60,045 bases of DNA, taken from Chiloscyllium plagiosum. Taxonomy: Eukaryota. The translations under genes were made by a program, and so were the position numbers. The stretch's first letter is position 1. Every line of letters begins with the position of its first letter. Location of the stretch: positions 1 to 60,045 of the forward strand of contig NW_025215039.1 in assembly GCF_004010195.1 (NCBI RefSeq), in the 5' to 3' direction. The notes beneath the pieces are model-generated. The model did no database searches and was not told the origin of the DNA. It was given only the letters and a program-made list of their open reading frames with translations. Positions 27,384 to 39,369 of this stretch are shown here, piece after piece.

Positions 27384-27519
27384 CTGAAACAGTTAGTGCT
27401 AAAGTGTTAAAATTACCATTTCTTTCTTTTAAAAGGGAGCTGGGACATACTGACATTCACCTCAATATGAGATACATACTGATAGGTCAATAACTGCGCA
27501 TTCCATTGTTAAATAAAAC

Positions 27520-28080
27520 CATAAGATCAAAAGGATGCAGGAACAGAAATTAGTAAGCCATTCGGTTCCTCAAGTACACTCTACTATTCAATGAAATCAT
27601 CTCTATGATCCTTGACTCCCTTACTGACTCAAAATTCTGAAGAAGGGTCATTCAACCCAAAACGTTAACTGATTTCTCCTCACAGATGCTGCCAGACCTG
27701 CTGAGATTTTCCAGCAATTTGTTTTTGCTTCAGATTTCCACCATCCACAGTTCTTTCAGTTTTTTGATTAAAAATCTATCTCAGTCTTGAATATATTTAA
27801 CAAGCCAGTCTTGCCATCCTATGTGATAAAGAATTCCACATGTTCACATCCCTCAGAAAAAAATCCTCGTCATTGGTCTTGAATGGAGGACGTCTACTCA
27901 GATGATGCCCACTGGTCCTAGACTCTCTCAACAAGGGAAACAACTTATCCACATCTACCTCGTCAACCCTGCTAGGAACCTTCAATGTTTCAGCAAGATC
28001 TCTTCTCATTTGCCTGAACTCTAAAGAATACAAGCCTAAATAATCAATCTTTCAGAAGAAAATTCCTCTATACCTGGATA
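27520..28080 (-). mobile_element. CR1 3' fragment with a P3 PLE at about 27634-27765
   Basis: KLFPLLRESRTSGH; TTCTGAAGAAGGGTCATTCAACCCAAAACGTTAAC. Confidence 0.8.
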
Positions 28081-28519
28081 CTTTTGAAAAACACATCAGC
28101 AAGAATCTACAATCTTTACAGAATGCCTTCCTCAAATGCCACATTGTAAAATTAAAGATTTTGTTCTCCTAAAGTTGCACTCTGTGGATTTTGACTTGTA
28201 TACACTTGGCAGTTATAGGTCGACTCCTGGTAATAGTTGTGTTGGGAGTAGTTTGAGGTGATAAATCAATTGGCCTTAATCTTGTGTGAAGCACTCAACT
28301 TAAGTATGGTTTCTCAGACTGCACTGCTGTCAATGCACCAAGTCATACTTATGTAACAATCTCTTCAGTGCTTCATGTAATTCACAAAATACAGCAAAAG
28401 GCACTGAATATGCAAGAACAAAGGAAAAAGATTCACCTACTTGGATTCAAGATGACTTTTGAAGAGGCAACAAAATAAAAAGGCTTTGTGGTGAAATATT
28501 TGCATGAGTAAGGAGCAGT

Positions 28520-29875
28520 TATAGAGTCATATGGCACAGAAACAGACTCTTTGGTCAACCAGTCCATGCTGAACATAGTCCCACCTGCCTGCTCCTGGCC
28601 AATATCCCTCCAAACCCTTCCTATTCATGTATCTATTCAAATGTCTTTTAAATGTTGTAATTGTATCTGCAAGCGCCACTTTCTCAGGAGTTCATTCCAC
28701 ATGAAAACCACTTCACATGTAAAAAACATTGTCTCATGTCATTTTAAATCTCTCTCCATTCACCTTAAAAATATTCCCCCAATCTAGAAATCTCCTATCC
28801 TAGAGAAAAGACAACTACCATTATCTCCAGCAATACCCCTCAGAAGTTTATAAATTTCAATCAGATCGCCTCTCAACCTCCTCCACTTCAGTGACAAAAG
28901 TCCCAGCCTTTCTTTATAACTTAAACCTTCCATACCCAGCAACATCTTGGTAAATTTCTGCTGAACTCTCTCCAGCTTGATAATATTCTTCCCATAACTA
29001 GGCGACCAGAACTGGACACAGTATTCCAGAAGAAGCCACACCAATGTCCTATACTTCGTCAACAGGAGTTCCCAACTCCTATACTCAAAAGGATTGAGCA
29101 ATGAAGGCAAGCGTGCCAAATGTCTTCTTAACCACCTTGGCTAAAAGTGATGTAAACTTCAAAGCATTATGGACCTGCACCCCAGGACTCTCTGTTCTAC
29201 AACACTACCCAGGGCCATAGCATTAATTGTTTTAGTCCTACGCTTATTTGTTGTACCGAAATGCAATACCACACATTTATCCAGACTGACCTCTATCTGC
29301 CATTTTTAAGCCCATTGACCCATTTGATCAAGATCCCTTTGTAATTCTAGAAAACCTTCTCCACTCTCTACTGTGCCACCGATGTTGGTGTCATATGCAA
29401 ACTTACTAGCCATGCCTTCTATATTCTCATCCAAATAATTTATAGAAATGACAAACAAAAGAGGACCCAGAACCAATCCCTGTGGAACACCGTTGGTCAC
29501 AGGCCTCAGTCCAAAAAGCAATCCTCCACCATTACTGTCTCCTGCTGTTAAGCCAATTTGGTATCCAACTGGCAAGCTCACCATGAATCCCATATGACCT
29601 AGTTTTACTAATTAGTCTACAATGCGGAACCGTGTCAAAGGCTTTATTAAAATCTAAATAAACAACGTCTACTGCTCTGCCAATCTTTGAGAACTTCAAA
29701 AAAAATGCAAATTAAGTTTGTGAAACAAGACTTTCCTCGCTCAAAGCCAAGCTGACTATCCTTAATCAATTTTTGCCTCTCTAACTGTCCATAACTCCTA
29801 TCTTTTATAATAACTGCCAACAATTTACCCACAACGGAAGTCAGACTCTCAGTCTATAGTTCCCCAGTTTCTGCA
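28520..29875 (-). mobile_element. CR1/HER1-type LINE 3' portion
   Basis: LEYCVQFWSPSY, GVPQGLVLGPLLF and KSCFTNL in ORFs 28784-29832. Confidence 0.92.
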
Positions 29876-29999
29876 AGTTAATAGGAGCAAAAATAGGGAG
29901 AAATGGGCCATTTTCTACTTGTATTGAGTGAAATTGGGCTAAATTAGTTTAGGATATCTGGTCAGCATGGACATGTTGGATTCAAGAGATGTAGAGCAT

Positions 30000-32690
30000 G
30001 GAAACAGACTCTATGAAGTGTTACAGAGATCAGTCGGGAGCTTCAACAGGATCAAAGGGACAATGTATGTTACTGAAGTGATAGAAGAGTTAGTTAGTGA
30101 GAAGAGGACATAAAAGGAGTTTACAAAGTGAGTTGACAAAAATTTAGGAGATGGAATACCATGCTGGAAATTGTGAACCTAGCCACCTTAGCAGGAAAAC
30201 GGTATGTTATTTAAATTGAGAGAGATTGCAGTACAGAGGGGCATGGGAATCTTGGAATATGAACTACAAAAAAGTTATATGCATACAGCAAGTGGTTAGG
30301 AACACAGATAAATGACAATAATTCATTCAAGAGAAATGGAATATTAAAGTAGCAAAAGTTGTATACGTGATGAGACCACAACTATGCAGAGCTTTGGTGT
30401 CATTTATAAAATAATATAATTGGATTAGAAGCAGTACAGAGAAGGCCCAACTTAACTGGTTCTGGAGTTGAAGGGGTTACTTATGAGGAAAGGTTAGACA
30501 TGGTTGTGTCTATATTCATTAGACTTAAGAAAGTTAGTTATTTTAATAAACTTGTTCAAACATGTTATGACACACCTCCCAGGCAGGTGGGACTTGAATT
30601 GACCTCTGAGCCCGACATGATTTAAGACACAACCTGCTCACCTGGAATTAGATGCACTGCCATTGCATCACAAGATGATCACGTTGTACACAAGACCTTG
30701 AGGGTACTTAGTGTGGATGCTGAAAGAGTCCTCTTGTAGAGAGTCTAGGACTAACTGGAGTAGTTTAAAAGATTTAAGGTGGAGAAAAGATTTTTTTTAA
30801 TCTCAGAGGGTCATTAATCTATAGAATTAAGCTACAAACCTTCACAAACCTTGCAGAATCCTCTCCCATAGAGAGCAGTGGAGGCAAGGTCATTGAATTT
30901 TTTAAATATTTTAATACTTTGAAGGTAGATTCTTGACTGACTCCATTGTCAGTCAGGAATCTAAGCGTATAAGGAAGAAAGCATAAGCTACAATCAGATC
31001 AGCCATAATCTTATCAAAGTGCAGAACAGACTTGCGGGGCTGAAAAGGTTACTCTTGCTCTTAGTTCAAATGTTCATGGAAATGGCAATACAATCATTCC
31101 TTCACAAAACTGGCCAATGACAAGATTCTTTCATCAAAAAGAACAAAGCTGTCTTTCAGTATGATATGCTGTACTCTCCCTCGAATTAGAAAAATAAGTT
31201 TTAGATGCAAAAACTTTGTACACAGAAATTGGCCACATTAAGGGAACATAAAACCAATTCCAGAATTAAGCAAAAGAACAATTCCCATAATAATTAACAT
31301 TGTCTCACAAGCTTGGTACATACCAGTGGTCACTGTATCTATTGGGCAATTAACTCTGATGGCTATTAATACAAATAGATAACTTTCTGACAGCCAGTTT
31401 CTGTCAGCCTCTACTCAGTGAAACAGCCAAGATGACTACAAAGATATTGCAAAACCACTATTATGGCATTCATAACTAAAACTGACTTCTCGGGCATCTT
31501 TGACCATTGATCCACACATGCCATTGCCTGATTCTGAACCTGCCTCAACTCATTCACAGCTAAAACCCTCTTCTATACTGTTCTTTCCTTAGAGCTTGAC
31601 TAGTCTGATAGTCTAGGGAAACTTCACACATTCCAACCTCCACAAACTGAAATCATCTAGAACCCTGCTGCCCATGTCACAATTAACATAGGTGCAAAGG
31701 CAACTTACAAGGGTGAGAGAGTCTTCTCAGAGATATAGACAGGTTAAAGGCAGGATAAACGAGTGGACAGAAACATGGCAGAAGGAATATAACAGAGGAA
31801 AATACAAGTTTTTGCACTTTAGCAGGAAGAATAGAAGAGATTAATATTATTTTAATGGTGAAAAACTGCAGGAAGCTGCAATACAGAGGGATTTGGGAAC
31901 CCTAGTGCATTAATCACAAAAAGCTAGCATCCAAATTGAGCAGGGAAGGCAAATAGATTGTTGGTCTATATTTCAAAGGGAATAGAATATAAAAATAGGG
32001 AGGGCTTGCTAAAAAGTAAACAAGGCACTGGTCAACCCAGAGTTGAAATATTGTGAACAGTTCTTATCCACTTATATTAAGGAAAGGGATCCTGGCATTG
32101 AAGGGGTCTAGTGGTGTACTGGTAATGCCACTCTCTATCTACAGTCCTACAGGCCCAGGTTCAACCCCATCCACTCCAGCTGTGTCAAAACATTTCTGAA
32201 TAGACTAATTTAAACAATATCTTATAGTGGCATTGGAGGTAGTCCAGAGGAGGTTCACTAACTTGATCAAGGATATGGAGGAAGTTTCTTCTGAGGGGTT
32301 GTAAAGATTGGACCTTTATTCATTGATGTTTAGTAGAATGAGTGGAGATCTTATTGAAACATATGCAACAGAGGACTTGATAGATTGTTGCAGAGAGGTT
32401 GTTTCCCTTTGTGGGATTATCGAATCAGAGGGCATAATCTCAGAGTAAGAAGTCGCCCATTTAAGACAAAAAATGAGGAGGTATTTTGTGGTGAATCTGT
32501 GGATTTTGTGGTGAATTTATGCAGACAGCTGTTAAAGCTGGGTTGGTAAGTACATTCTTGGTTGAGATAGACGGTAAGGGAATCAAAGGCTATGAGGAAA
32601 AGGCAAAGTGGAGATAAGGATCACCGGATACTGTATGGTTCACTGGACTCCAAAGGCCAAATGGCCTACTCCTGCCCTTACATCTTATGG
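30000..32690 (+). mobile_element. Two degenerate plus-strand CR1 fragments (about 30000-31070 and 31700-32690) separated by unique and L2-like DNA
   Basis: CR1 RT-distal and tail motifs (AGATCAGCCATAATCTTAT, GGCCAAATGGCCTACTCCTG). Confidence 0.7.
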
Positions 32691-32771
32691 TTTTTCAACA
32701 CTTCACGTTTATGTTTTACGTTCTTGTTTTCAAATCCCTCTATAGCCTTCTTCTATCATCACTTTCAAGTG

Positions 32772-32992
32772 AAGTTAAAAATCACACAACACCAGGTTAT
32801 AGTCCAACAGGTTTAATTGGAAGCACACTAGCTTTTGGAGCAACGCTCCTTCATCAGGTGATTGTGACAATCACCTGATGAAGGAACGTCGCTCCGAAAG
32901 CTAGCGTGCTTCCAGTTAAACCTGTTGGACTATAACCTGGTGTTGTGTGATTTTTAATTTTGTACACCCCAGTCCAACACCGGCATCTCCAA
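32772..32992. mobile_element. Fold-back PLE insertion (P1): ~94-bp inverted arms, ~32-nt unpaired tail, 11-bp TSD
   Basis: Arms 32772-32865 and 32867-32960; TTCAAGTGAAG at 32764-32774 and 32993-33003; a hammerhead motif with point mutations in each arm. Confidence 0.92.
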
Positions 32993-33753
32993 TTCAAGTG
33001 AAGAACATTTTGAAATATCAGAATTCTAATATTTTGGGTATTTCAGATTTTTAAATTCTTCTTTGAGAGGTCTGTGCAGACTCAATGGGCTGAATGGTTT
33101 CTATCTGCACTGTAGGGATTCTAATGACCTATGAATGATCATTGTCTTCTTCTGAGTACACAGATGCCAGTCTTCAGACAATAAGAAACAGCTGAATGCA
33201 GTGGATATGACAAAGGTAACAGGCCTCATAACATTCTGGCATTATAACTGGAAACATGTGCTGCAGAACCTGCCACACTCCTAGAGCTGTACCAGTTTAA
33301 CTCAACACTGGCATCTACTTGGTAATGTGGAAAATTGTCCAGGTGTATCCTGTCCACAAAACCTCAGACAAATCCAACCTGGCCAATTATTCTTCCATCA
33401 GCATGTTTCCTACCACTGACAGAAAAGATTACCAGTGATATTAATAAAGAAACTACCATCAAATGTAATGAGGGGTGGACAATAAATGCTGATTGAGCCA
33501 GAAACATGCACATCCCATGAAACAAACAGATAAATGTAAATTGTATTGAGAACTTTCAATCCATATTTGAAATAACACAGGGCTTTGATAGAAGAGGAAC
33601 AAAGTCTTTCTCCACAACTTTGGGCTTTGTGAGAACAAGTGTCCTATTTTGTTTTATAATGCTCTTTACTGAATACTTTACTAAATTAATGGTGCTACGT
33701 AAGTACAGATTGTTGTTATTCTCCTGAAGGGATAGTAAAATGATTATACTTAC

Positions 33754-33799
33754 ATGTGTAATATTCAACAGGCCACTTGGACAATAACGCATCAGAATC
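33754..33799 (-). CDS. Putative internal exon D (46 nt), (R)ILMRYCPSGLLNITH
   Basis: Acceptor CTGTCAATGCTTCAG, donor AT|GTAAGT; phase-compatible. Confidence 0.5.
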
Positions 33800-34091
33800 C
33801 TGAAGCATTGACAGATTATTTTTAATGTTTAATTCAAAAAATTTTTAAGAAAAAGGACTGCTACAGAAAAATTGCAGTTATACATTCAGTGAGTCCTGTG
33901 TGAAACCAATGGAATCCTGCATGTGGAAATTATCAGGGAAACTTCAAACAGGGAGAGACTTAACAAGATGAGATAGCAAGTGGGGATGACCATCTCTCCC
34001 CTCTCAACAGAAAACCAGCTCTTGCAGATACGTCTATTTCACCCTTCAGGAATATACAAAGAAAGGCTTTAAAAAGCCTGCTTCACTCTAT

Positions 34092-34476
34092 CCTGTGGCC
34101 CAACATTTCAACTCTTCCTCCCACTCTGCCGAGGTCATGTAGGTCCTGGGCCTCCTCCACTACTGCTCCATCACCACCCGACGCCTGGAGGAAGAACGCC
34201 TCATCTTCCGCCTTGGAACACTTCAACCCCGGCGTACCAAGGTGGACTTCACCAGTTTTCTCATTTCCCCTTCCCCAACCTCACGCCAGTTCCAACCTTC
34301 CAGCTCAGCACTGTCCCCATGACCTGTTCTACCTGCCAATGCCCCTTCCCACCTATCCGCTCCATCCTCCTCTCTGACCTTTTCCTGCTCCTCGGATGCT
34401 GCCTGAACTGCTGTGCTTTTCCAGCATCACTCTAATCTAGACTCGTTTCCAGCATCAGCAGTCCTTGTTTTTACCT
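34092..34476 (+). mobile_element. Penelope-like element 3' end with a GIY-YIG endonuclease C-terminal remnant (P2)
   Basis: 34092-34260 reads PVAQHFNSSSHSAEVM*VLGLLHYCSITTRRLEEERLIFRLGTLQPRRTKVDFTSF, followed by the P2 tail. Confidence 0.85.
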
Positions 34477-34558
34477 TCACTCTCCTACAGTCAGCTCATC
34501 AGACTGGATGCTCTTGTGTGTATTAGCCAGAGTTTGAACATGAGCATACTAGGATGAT

Positions 34559-34660
34559 GAAAAATGTGGTGCTGGAAAAACACAGCAGGCCAGGCAGCAT
34601 CCGAGGAGCAGGAGAATCGACGTTTCGGGCATAAGCCCTTCTTCAGTCCTCACTTTCTCG
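34559..34660 (-). mobile_element. PLE P2 insertion with a 12-bp TSD
   Basis: TACTAGGATGAT at 34547-34558 and 34661-34672. Confidence 0.85.
34614..34650 (-). ncRNA. Minimal hammerhead motif (P2, CUGAAGA variant)
   Basis: CTGAAGA-A-GGGC-ttat-GCCC-GAAA-C-GTC-gatt; the stem I 5' strand appears replaced at the junction. Confidence 0.55.
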
Positions 34661-35227
34661 TACTAGGATGATCACAGTCCCCTGCAAGTAAAGACACTAT
34701 CTTACACAGATATGCTGCAAACCAGTTAAAGGAAACAGAACAATAAAGGACTATCTTTGATCTTGAATGCTGGAATTCAATCATGGTCAAAAGAAAATGG
34801 AGAAAGGTGCCAACAAGCGAATGAAGCCTTTTTAAATTAAGCTTATTACAACCAAGTAAGGGAACTTAACAGTTTGGGGTGACAGCCTGGAATTGCAACT
34901 AGTTGATAAAATGCATCAGTGAGAAGCAAGTAGAAAGTTACATTGTTTTACGATTTAAGCTTATTTTAGTTTAGAAGTTTTTTCATTCACCAGTATAGGA
35001 AATTAGCAACATAAAATACTTCCAACTTAGAGAGGATATAATGTAATAGAAAAAAAATACTATGATCAGGAAGGCCGACAGAGCTCACCAACAGTTTTAA
35101 CATATGGTTCCTATACATAAAGGAATACTTATCAGAACTGTAATACCCTACATTTTGATTTTGAGGAAGGTAACTGCAACTTCAATAGAGGATCTAATGG
35201 AATTAAAACAGAATTCAATTCACCCAC

Positions 35228-35276
35228 CTCCGCATGAAGAGGTTCATTACTTGTAACTTCAACCCTTCCTTTGCCT
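35228..35276 (-). CDS. Putative internal exon C (49 nt), (E)AKEGLKLQVMNLFMR(R)
   Basis: Acceptor TTGACCCTGTCTACATTGTACATAG, donor GAG|GTGGGT; phase-compatible. Confidence 0.45.
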
Positions 35277-35550
35277 CTATGTACAATGTAGACAGGGTCA
35301 ATTGAGACATTCAAAAGGACATTTCTTTTATCCAAATAATCGTTCAATGTGCAGGAGTATGGGGCCAAAAGCAGCAGATGGACACAAGGTAACAATGCTC
35401 ATTTAAAGGAGCCAACATAGGTATAATGCATCAAATAGCCTCTTTCAAATAGTCACTGTAACATTTCGATGATTCAAAGTGAGGTTTCAACAATAAAAAT
35501 GCTATCTAAATGGCACTGAAGTAAACACTTTTAGAAAATACATACATTTA

Positions 35551-35885
35551 GGGTGGCCTGTTGGCTCAGTGGTTAGCACTGCTGCCTCACATCACCAGGA
35601 ACCCGGGTTCGATTCCAGCCTGGGGCGACTGTGCAAACTCCACACGGACATTCGCTCCGTGTCTGCGTGGTTTTCCTCCAGGTACTCCAGAAATGCGCAG
35701 CTTAGGTGAATTGGCCAAGCTAAATTGCCCATAGTGTTCAGGGATGTGTAGGTTTGGTGCATTAGTCAGGGGTAAATGTAGAGTAGTAGGGTAGGGGAAC
35801 GGGTCGCGTGGTTTACTCTTCGGAGGCTTGGTGTGGACTTGTTAGGCTGAAGGACCTGTTTCCACACTGTAGGAATTCTATGATT
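35551..35885 (+). mobile_element. HE1-type tRNA-derived SINE
   Basis: A box TGGCTCAGTGG, B box GGTTCGATTCC, central CCGTGTCTGCGTGG, CR1-like tail CCTGTTTCCACACTGTA. Confidence 0.92.
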
Positions 35886-36519
35886 TTAGGCATCAATTCA
35901 GTGCAACACAGATCCCTACCATCTTCTCAGAGCACCACTATCTCTCAAACCAAATTAAACATGGTAATGCAAGCTAGTCAATGTGTTTACTCCTGCCACA
36001 AGGGAAAAAGTTTATCAAAACGTTTTCATCAGGAAGACAATGGTCCTTTAAAAATTTATCAAGTTACCCAGACAGACAGAGCCAAGAGGACAGGCGCTAC
36101 CATCATTAAAACCTTATGAATTATTAATTTTTACAAATACGACAGGATGCCATAATCAGCCAGTTCAGAGAGAATGCAAAACAGGCAATGAAAGCTGCTG
36201 ATGCTGCGAGATAGTAAAGATCAGGTTTAAACCTGAAGGAGGGTAACTCCTCCTGTAACCTTTAGGCAGAAACACGAATTTCAAACTGGACTTCGTAATA
36301 ATACTGCAGCTACTTTATACATTTGCTAACATCTGGTAATGCTGTGGAAGTGGAAGAGGGGTGGAGAAAGATTTGGAAAATGCAATTGGCTGTTTGCCTC
36401 TTGCTGCTAAGCAGTAATTTGTGTGCGCATCTTTTACATTGCCAGCTGAAAATGATGTTCAGTGTGCGCATGCGAGTGGGGAGGGGAAATGCTGTCCACA
36501 AGACAGTAGCAGGTCGGAG

Positions 36520-37680
36520 CAGCATCTGACAAAGGGGCCATGCTCCAATAGCTTGTGATTTCAAATAAACTTCAAATAACCTAGTGTTGTGTGATTTTTA
36601 AACTAAATTCAGCTAAACTTTCTTATACAACACGGTCTTTGAATTAATGGCCAACATTCCATTTGCCTTCCCTATGACCTATTGAACTTGTACACTATCT
36701 CGTTGTGATTCATGCATGAGAACTCCTAATCCTTTTGTGCTGCAGCCTTTCTCCATTTAAATAACATTCAGCGCCTCCATTCTTATTGCCACACATTTTC
36801 CTATATTATATTTCATCTGTCAATATTTTGCCCACTCACTTAACCTATATCCCTTCCTGATAAAGGGCTTTTGCCCAAAACGTCGATTTTCCTACTCATC
36901 AGACGCTGCCTGACCTGCTGTGCTTTCCCTGCAACACTCTCGACGCTTGTTCTGATATTATGTCCTTTACAATAAAATTTAATAACAGGGAAAAAGTGAG
37001 TCCAACAAAATCTGCCTATAGCTATGTGTGTTTTTGGTCTCCTTTTGAGAAAAGATGTTACAATGGCAATTTTCCCAATCCTCGGAGCCTTTTTCCAGAG
37101 TCAGTGCATCCACAATCTCTGTAATTACTTTCTTTAATACCAGAAAAGGCAACAATCAGGTCCAGGAACTTTAGTGGCCTTGAGCCCTATTAGTTTTCCT
37201 AGAACTTTTTTTCTAGCGATAGTTATTTGATTTAGTCCCTTGTCACCCTCCTTGCCCCTGGATTTGATATTTTTTGAACATTATTAATGTCTTCTACCTG
37301 GAAAACTGATGTGAAGCATTAATTCAATTCCTTGTCCATTTCCTGGTTCCATACTTTTTCCACAGCCTCACTTTCTAGGGGGTGTCTGTTGACTCTGGTC
37401 TCTCCCTTCCTTTTTATACTTTGAAAGCAGCTCTTGTCTATTTCTATCTTCTCAGTCTATACTTGATTTCTTGATCATCTTTTGATTGTTTTTAGAACTT
37501 TCCCAATCCTTTGGCTTACCACTAATCTCTGCCACAATGAATGTTTTTTCTTTCAATTTGATACTATCCTTGACTTCCCTGGTTAACCATAGTTGGTTTA
37601 TCGACTTCCTAAAATCCTTCTTCCTCACTGGGATAGAATTTTGTTGAGTCACAAGCATTTTTTTTTTAAATGTCTGCAAG
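36520..37680. mobile_element. Decayed P1 PLE (about 36520-36603) and minus-strand CR1 fragments with a P2 PLE (about 36856-36945)
   Basis: WLTREVKDSIKLKEK in ORF 37452-37679; PLE tails. Confidence 0.7.
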
Positions 37681-37743
37681 CGAGGTGGAGAAAGTTTAAT
37701 AATGAGAAAATGGGCTTTGTGAGAACATGTTAGTTTTACTCAC

Positions 37744-37806
37744 CTGTCCTTTGTCTATTTATTTTAGGGTTCAGTTGGGAAATATGACAAGCATTTGTAA
37801 TTGATT
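37744..37806 (-). CDS. Putative internal exon B (63 nt, phase 1-1), xSITNACHISQLNPKINRQRT
   Basis: Acceptor CTAAATATAACCTTCCCATATAG, consensus donor CAG|GTGAGT; only one open frame. Confidence 0.5.
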
Positions 37807-37834
37807 CTATATGGGAAGGTTATATTTAGTCAGC

Positions 37835-38200
37835 AGTAGAAAAGAATGCATTTCCTGATCTCACGTCCCAGAGTACTTCGTGAGCAATGAGGTGCTTAAA
37901 GTGAAGGTACTGATGTAGAAAACACAGTGAAACAATTTGCACACAGCAAGTTTTCACAACAGCAATGAAATAATGACCAGATAATGTTTCAGTCACGTGG
38001 TTGAGATAAATATTAGCTACGATGCTAAGAAAAAACACCCTTGCTTTTTCACAAAATAGTGCCACGGGATCTTCAATTCCACATCTCTTGCCAAAGATAA
38101 CACCTCAAGGAGTGCAGCATTGGGGTAGTGCAGTAGTGGAGTGTCAGTCACTTAAAACCATCGCCTTCTGACTCCAAAGCAAGTGTGGGATCACTGAGCT
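37835..38200 (-). mobile_element. DeuSINE/SacSINE-like relic
   Basis: Minus strand ATTATCTGGTCATTATTTCATTGCTG...CTTGCTGTGTGCAAATTG. Confidence 0.65.
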
Positions 38201-39369
38201 TTGGTTTATATCACACCAACTCATCCCTGCCGTGAATGCTTACCTAATGCATTAATTTGACCACAGGGGAGACTTGGTTTAAAGGAAGAATACATGTTCC
38301 AACAGCCAAACATGATCAAATCCAGTCAAATTACTTTTTGCCTATTTATGGCAAGCCCCTCACCAGCAGTTTGCATAGTGCAAAACTTCCACTGACAATT
38401 ATGCAAAAAGGTCTGACTATTGAGCCACCATCTGTGGTCACAGGGGAAAAAAGGAATGGCTAAATATTTGATCACCCTGGTAATCAATAATACATGACAA
38501 TGGAGATGCTGTCTAATCATAGCCATCAATCTCTTTCAGCCAGTAAATAGAGACAGACAGGAGGTGAGCAAAATTCCTACTGGCCGGGAACTAGAGAAAC
38601 AATAAGTCTGTAGTACGTAATATTCACTACATGTCATGACTTAGTGGTCATATACTGTAACAAAATATTATTTTCTGGAAGAAATCCAGATTTTATTAAT
38701 CTTCCCACAGCATCTGTCTCATACATTGATGACGCATTCACTGGAAATCATGCTTCCACACATTTTAATTTACCCTCCAAGCATAGGATAAGTCCTCTGG
38801 TTCTACTGTTCTGGATGAGGTGAAAGAGCTTGGAAGACAAATTTCTTCCCAAGCTTCCTGGAGCACACCTACTGTTAACACATTGCTACACGTGGATTGG
38901 AAAAATGCACTTAGAGTGAGTACACTGGACTACTTCTTTCATATTACTTTAGTTTGAGAATTAGTTGCTCCAGCTGTAACAATTTGGTAAAAACGGCAAC
39001 TTAGAGTCTTAAGCAATATCACTAACCACAATACACATTTAGAAAGTCAGTGATGGTACTGCTGAATGTTTTTCAAGTAGAGTATTGAAATACCATTCAT
39101 TCTCATTTTTTCTATTGAGACCCTATAGACATCACTGGGGGAGGACTGACTTTTCGATCATCATGGCTGAGATGTTTACAAAACCCCTGTTTGCATGTCT
39201 GGGAAATGTTACAGAACTCCTATCAGTACATGAAGACAATTTGGCTCTAAAGATTTCCAGCTTTCTGCCAATACCGTACACAATAAAAATACTTGAACAA
39301 GACAGCCATCTGATGGTGTCAGCTGTGGCTTCATGGGTAACATTCTTGCGTCTAAATCAGAAAGTTGAA

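Noticed and set aside
28300..28352. SECIS-like ATGA...TGA hairpin on the minus strand, with a TGC TGA codon pair in exon E
   Set aside because: No apical AA motif, imperfect helix II, and it is intronic rather than in the 3' UTR.
35228..35276. Resemblance of EGLKLQVMNL to IER3IP1 (PGIKSQLMNL)
   Set aside because: The rest of the peptide and the exon structure do not match that highly conserved protein; no symbol assigned.
35551..35625. tRNA-like A and B boxes (also near 51080-51149 and 57210-57279)
   Set aside because: These are SINE heads continuing into the HE1 body, not tRNA genes.
38787..38915. Apparent 129-nt plus-strand exon (AG...GTGAGT; DKSSGSTVLDEVKELG...)
   Set aside because: The minus strand reads KLFHLIQNSRTRG...SECVINV, an ancient CR1 ORF2 C-terminus, which explains the open frame.
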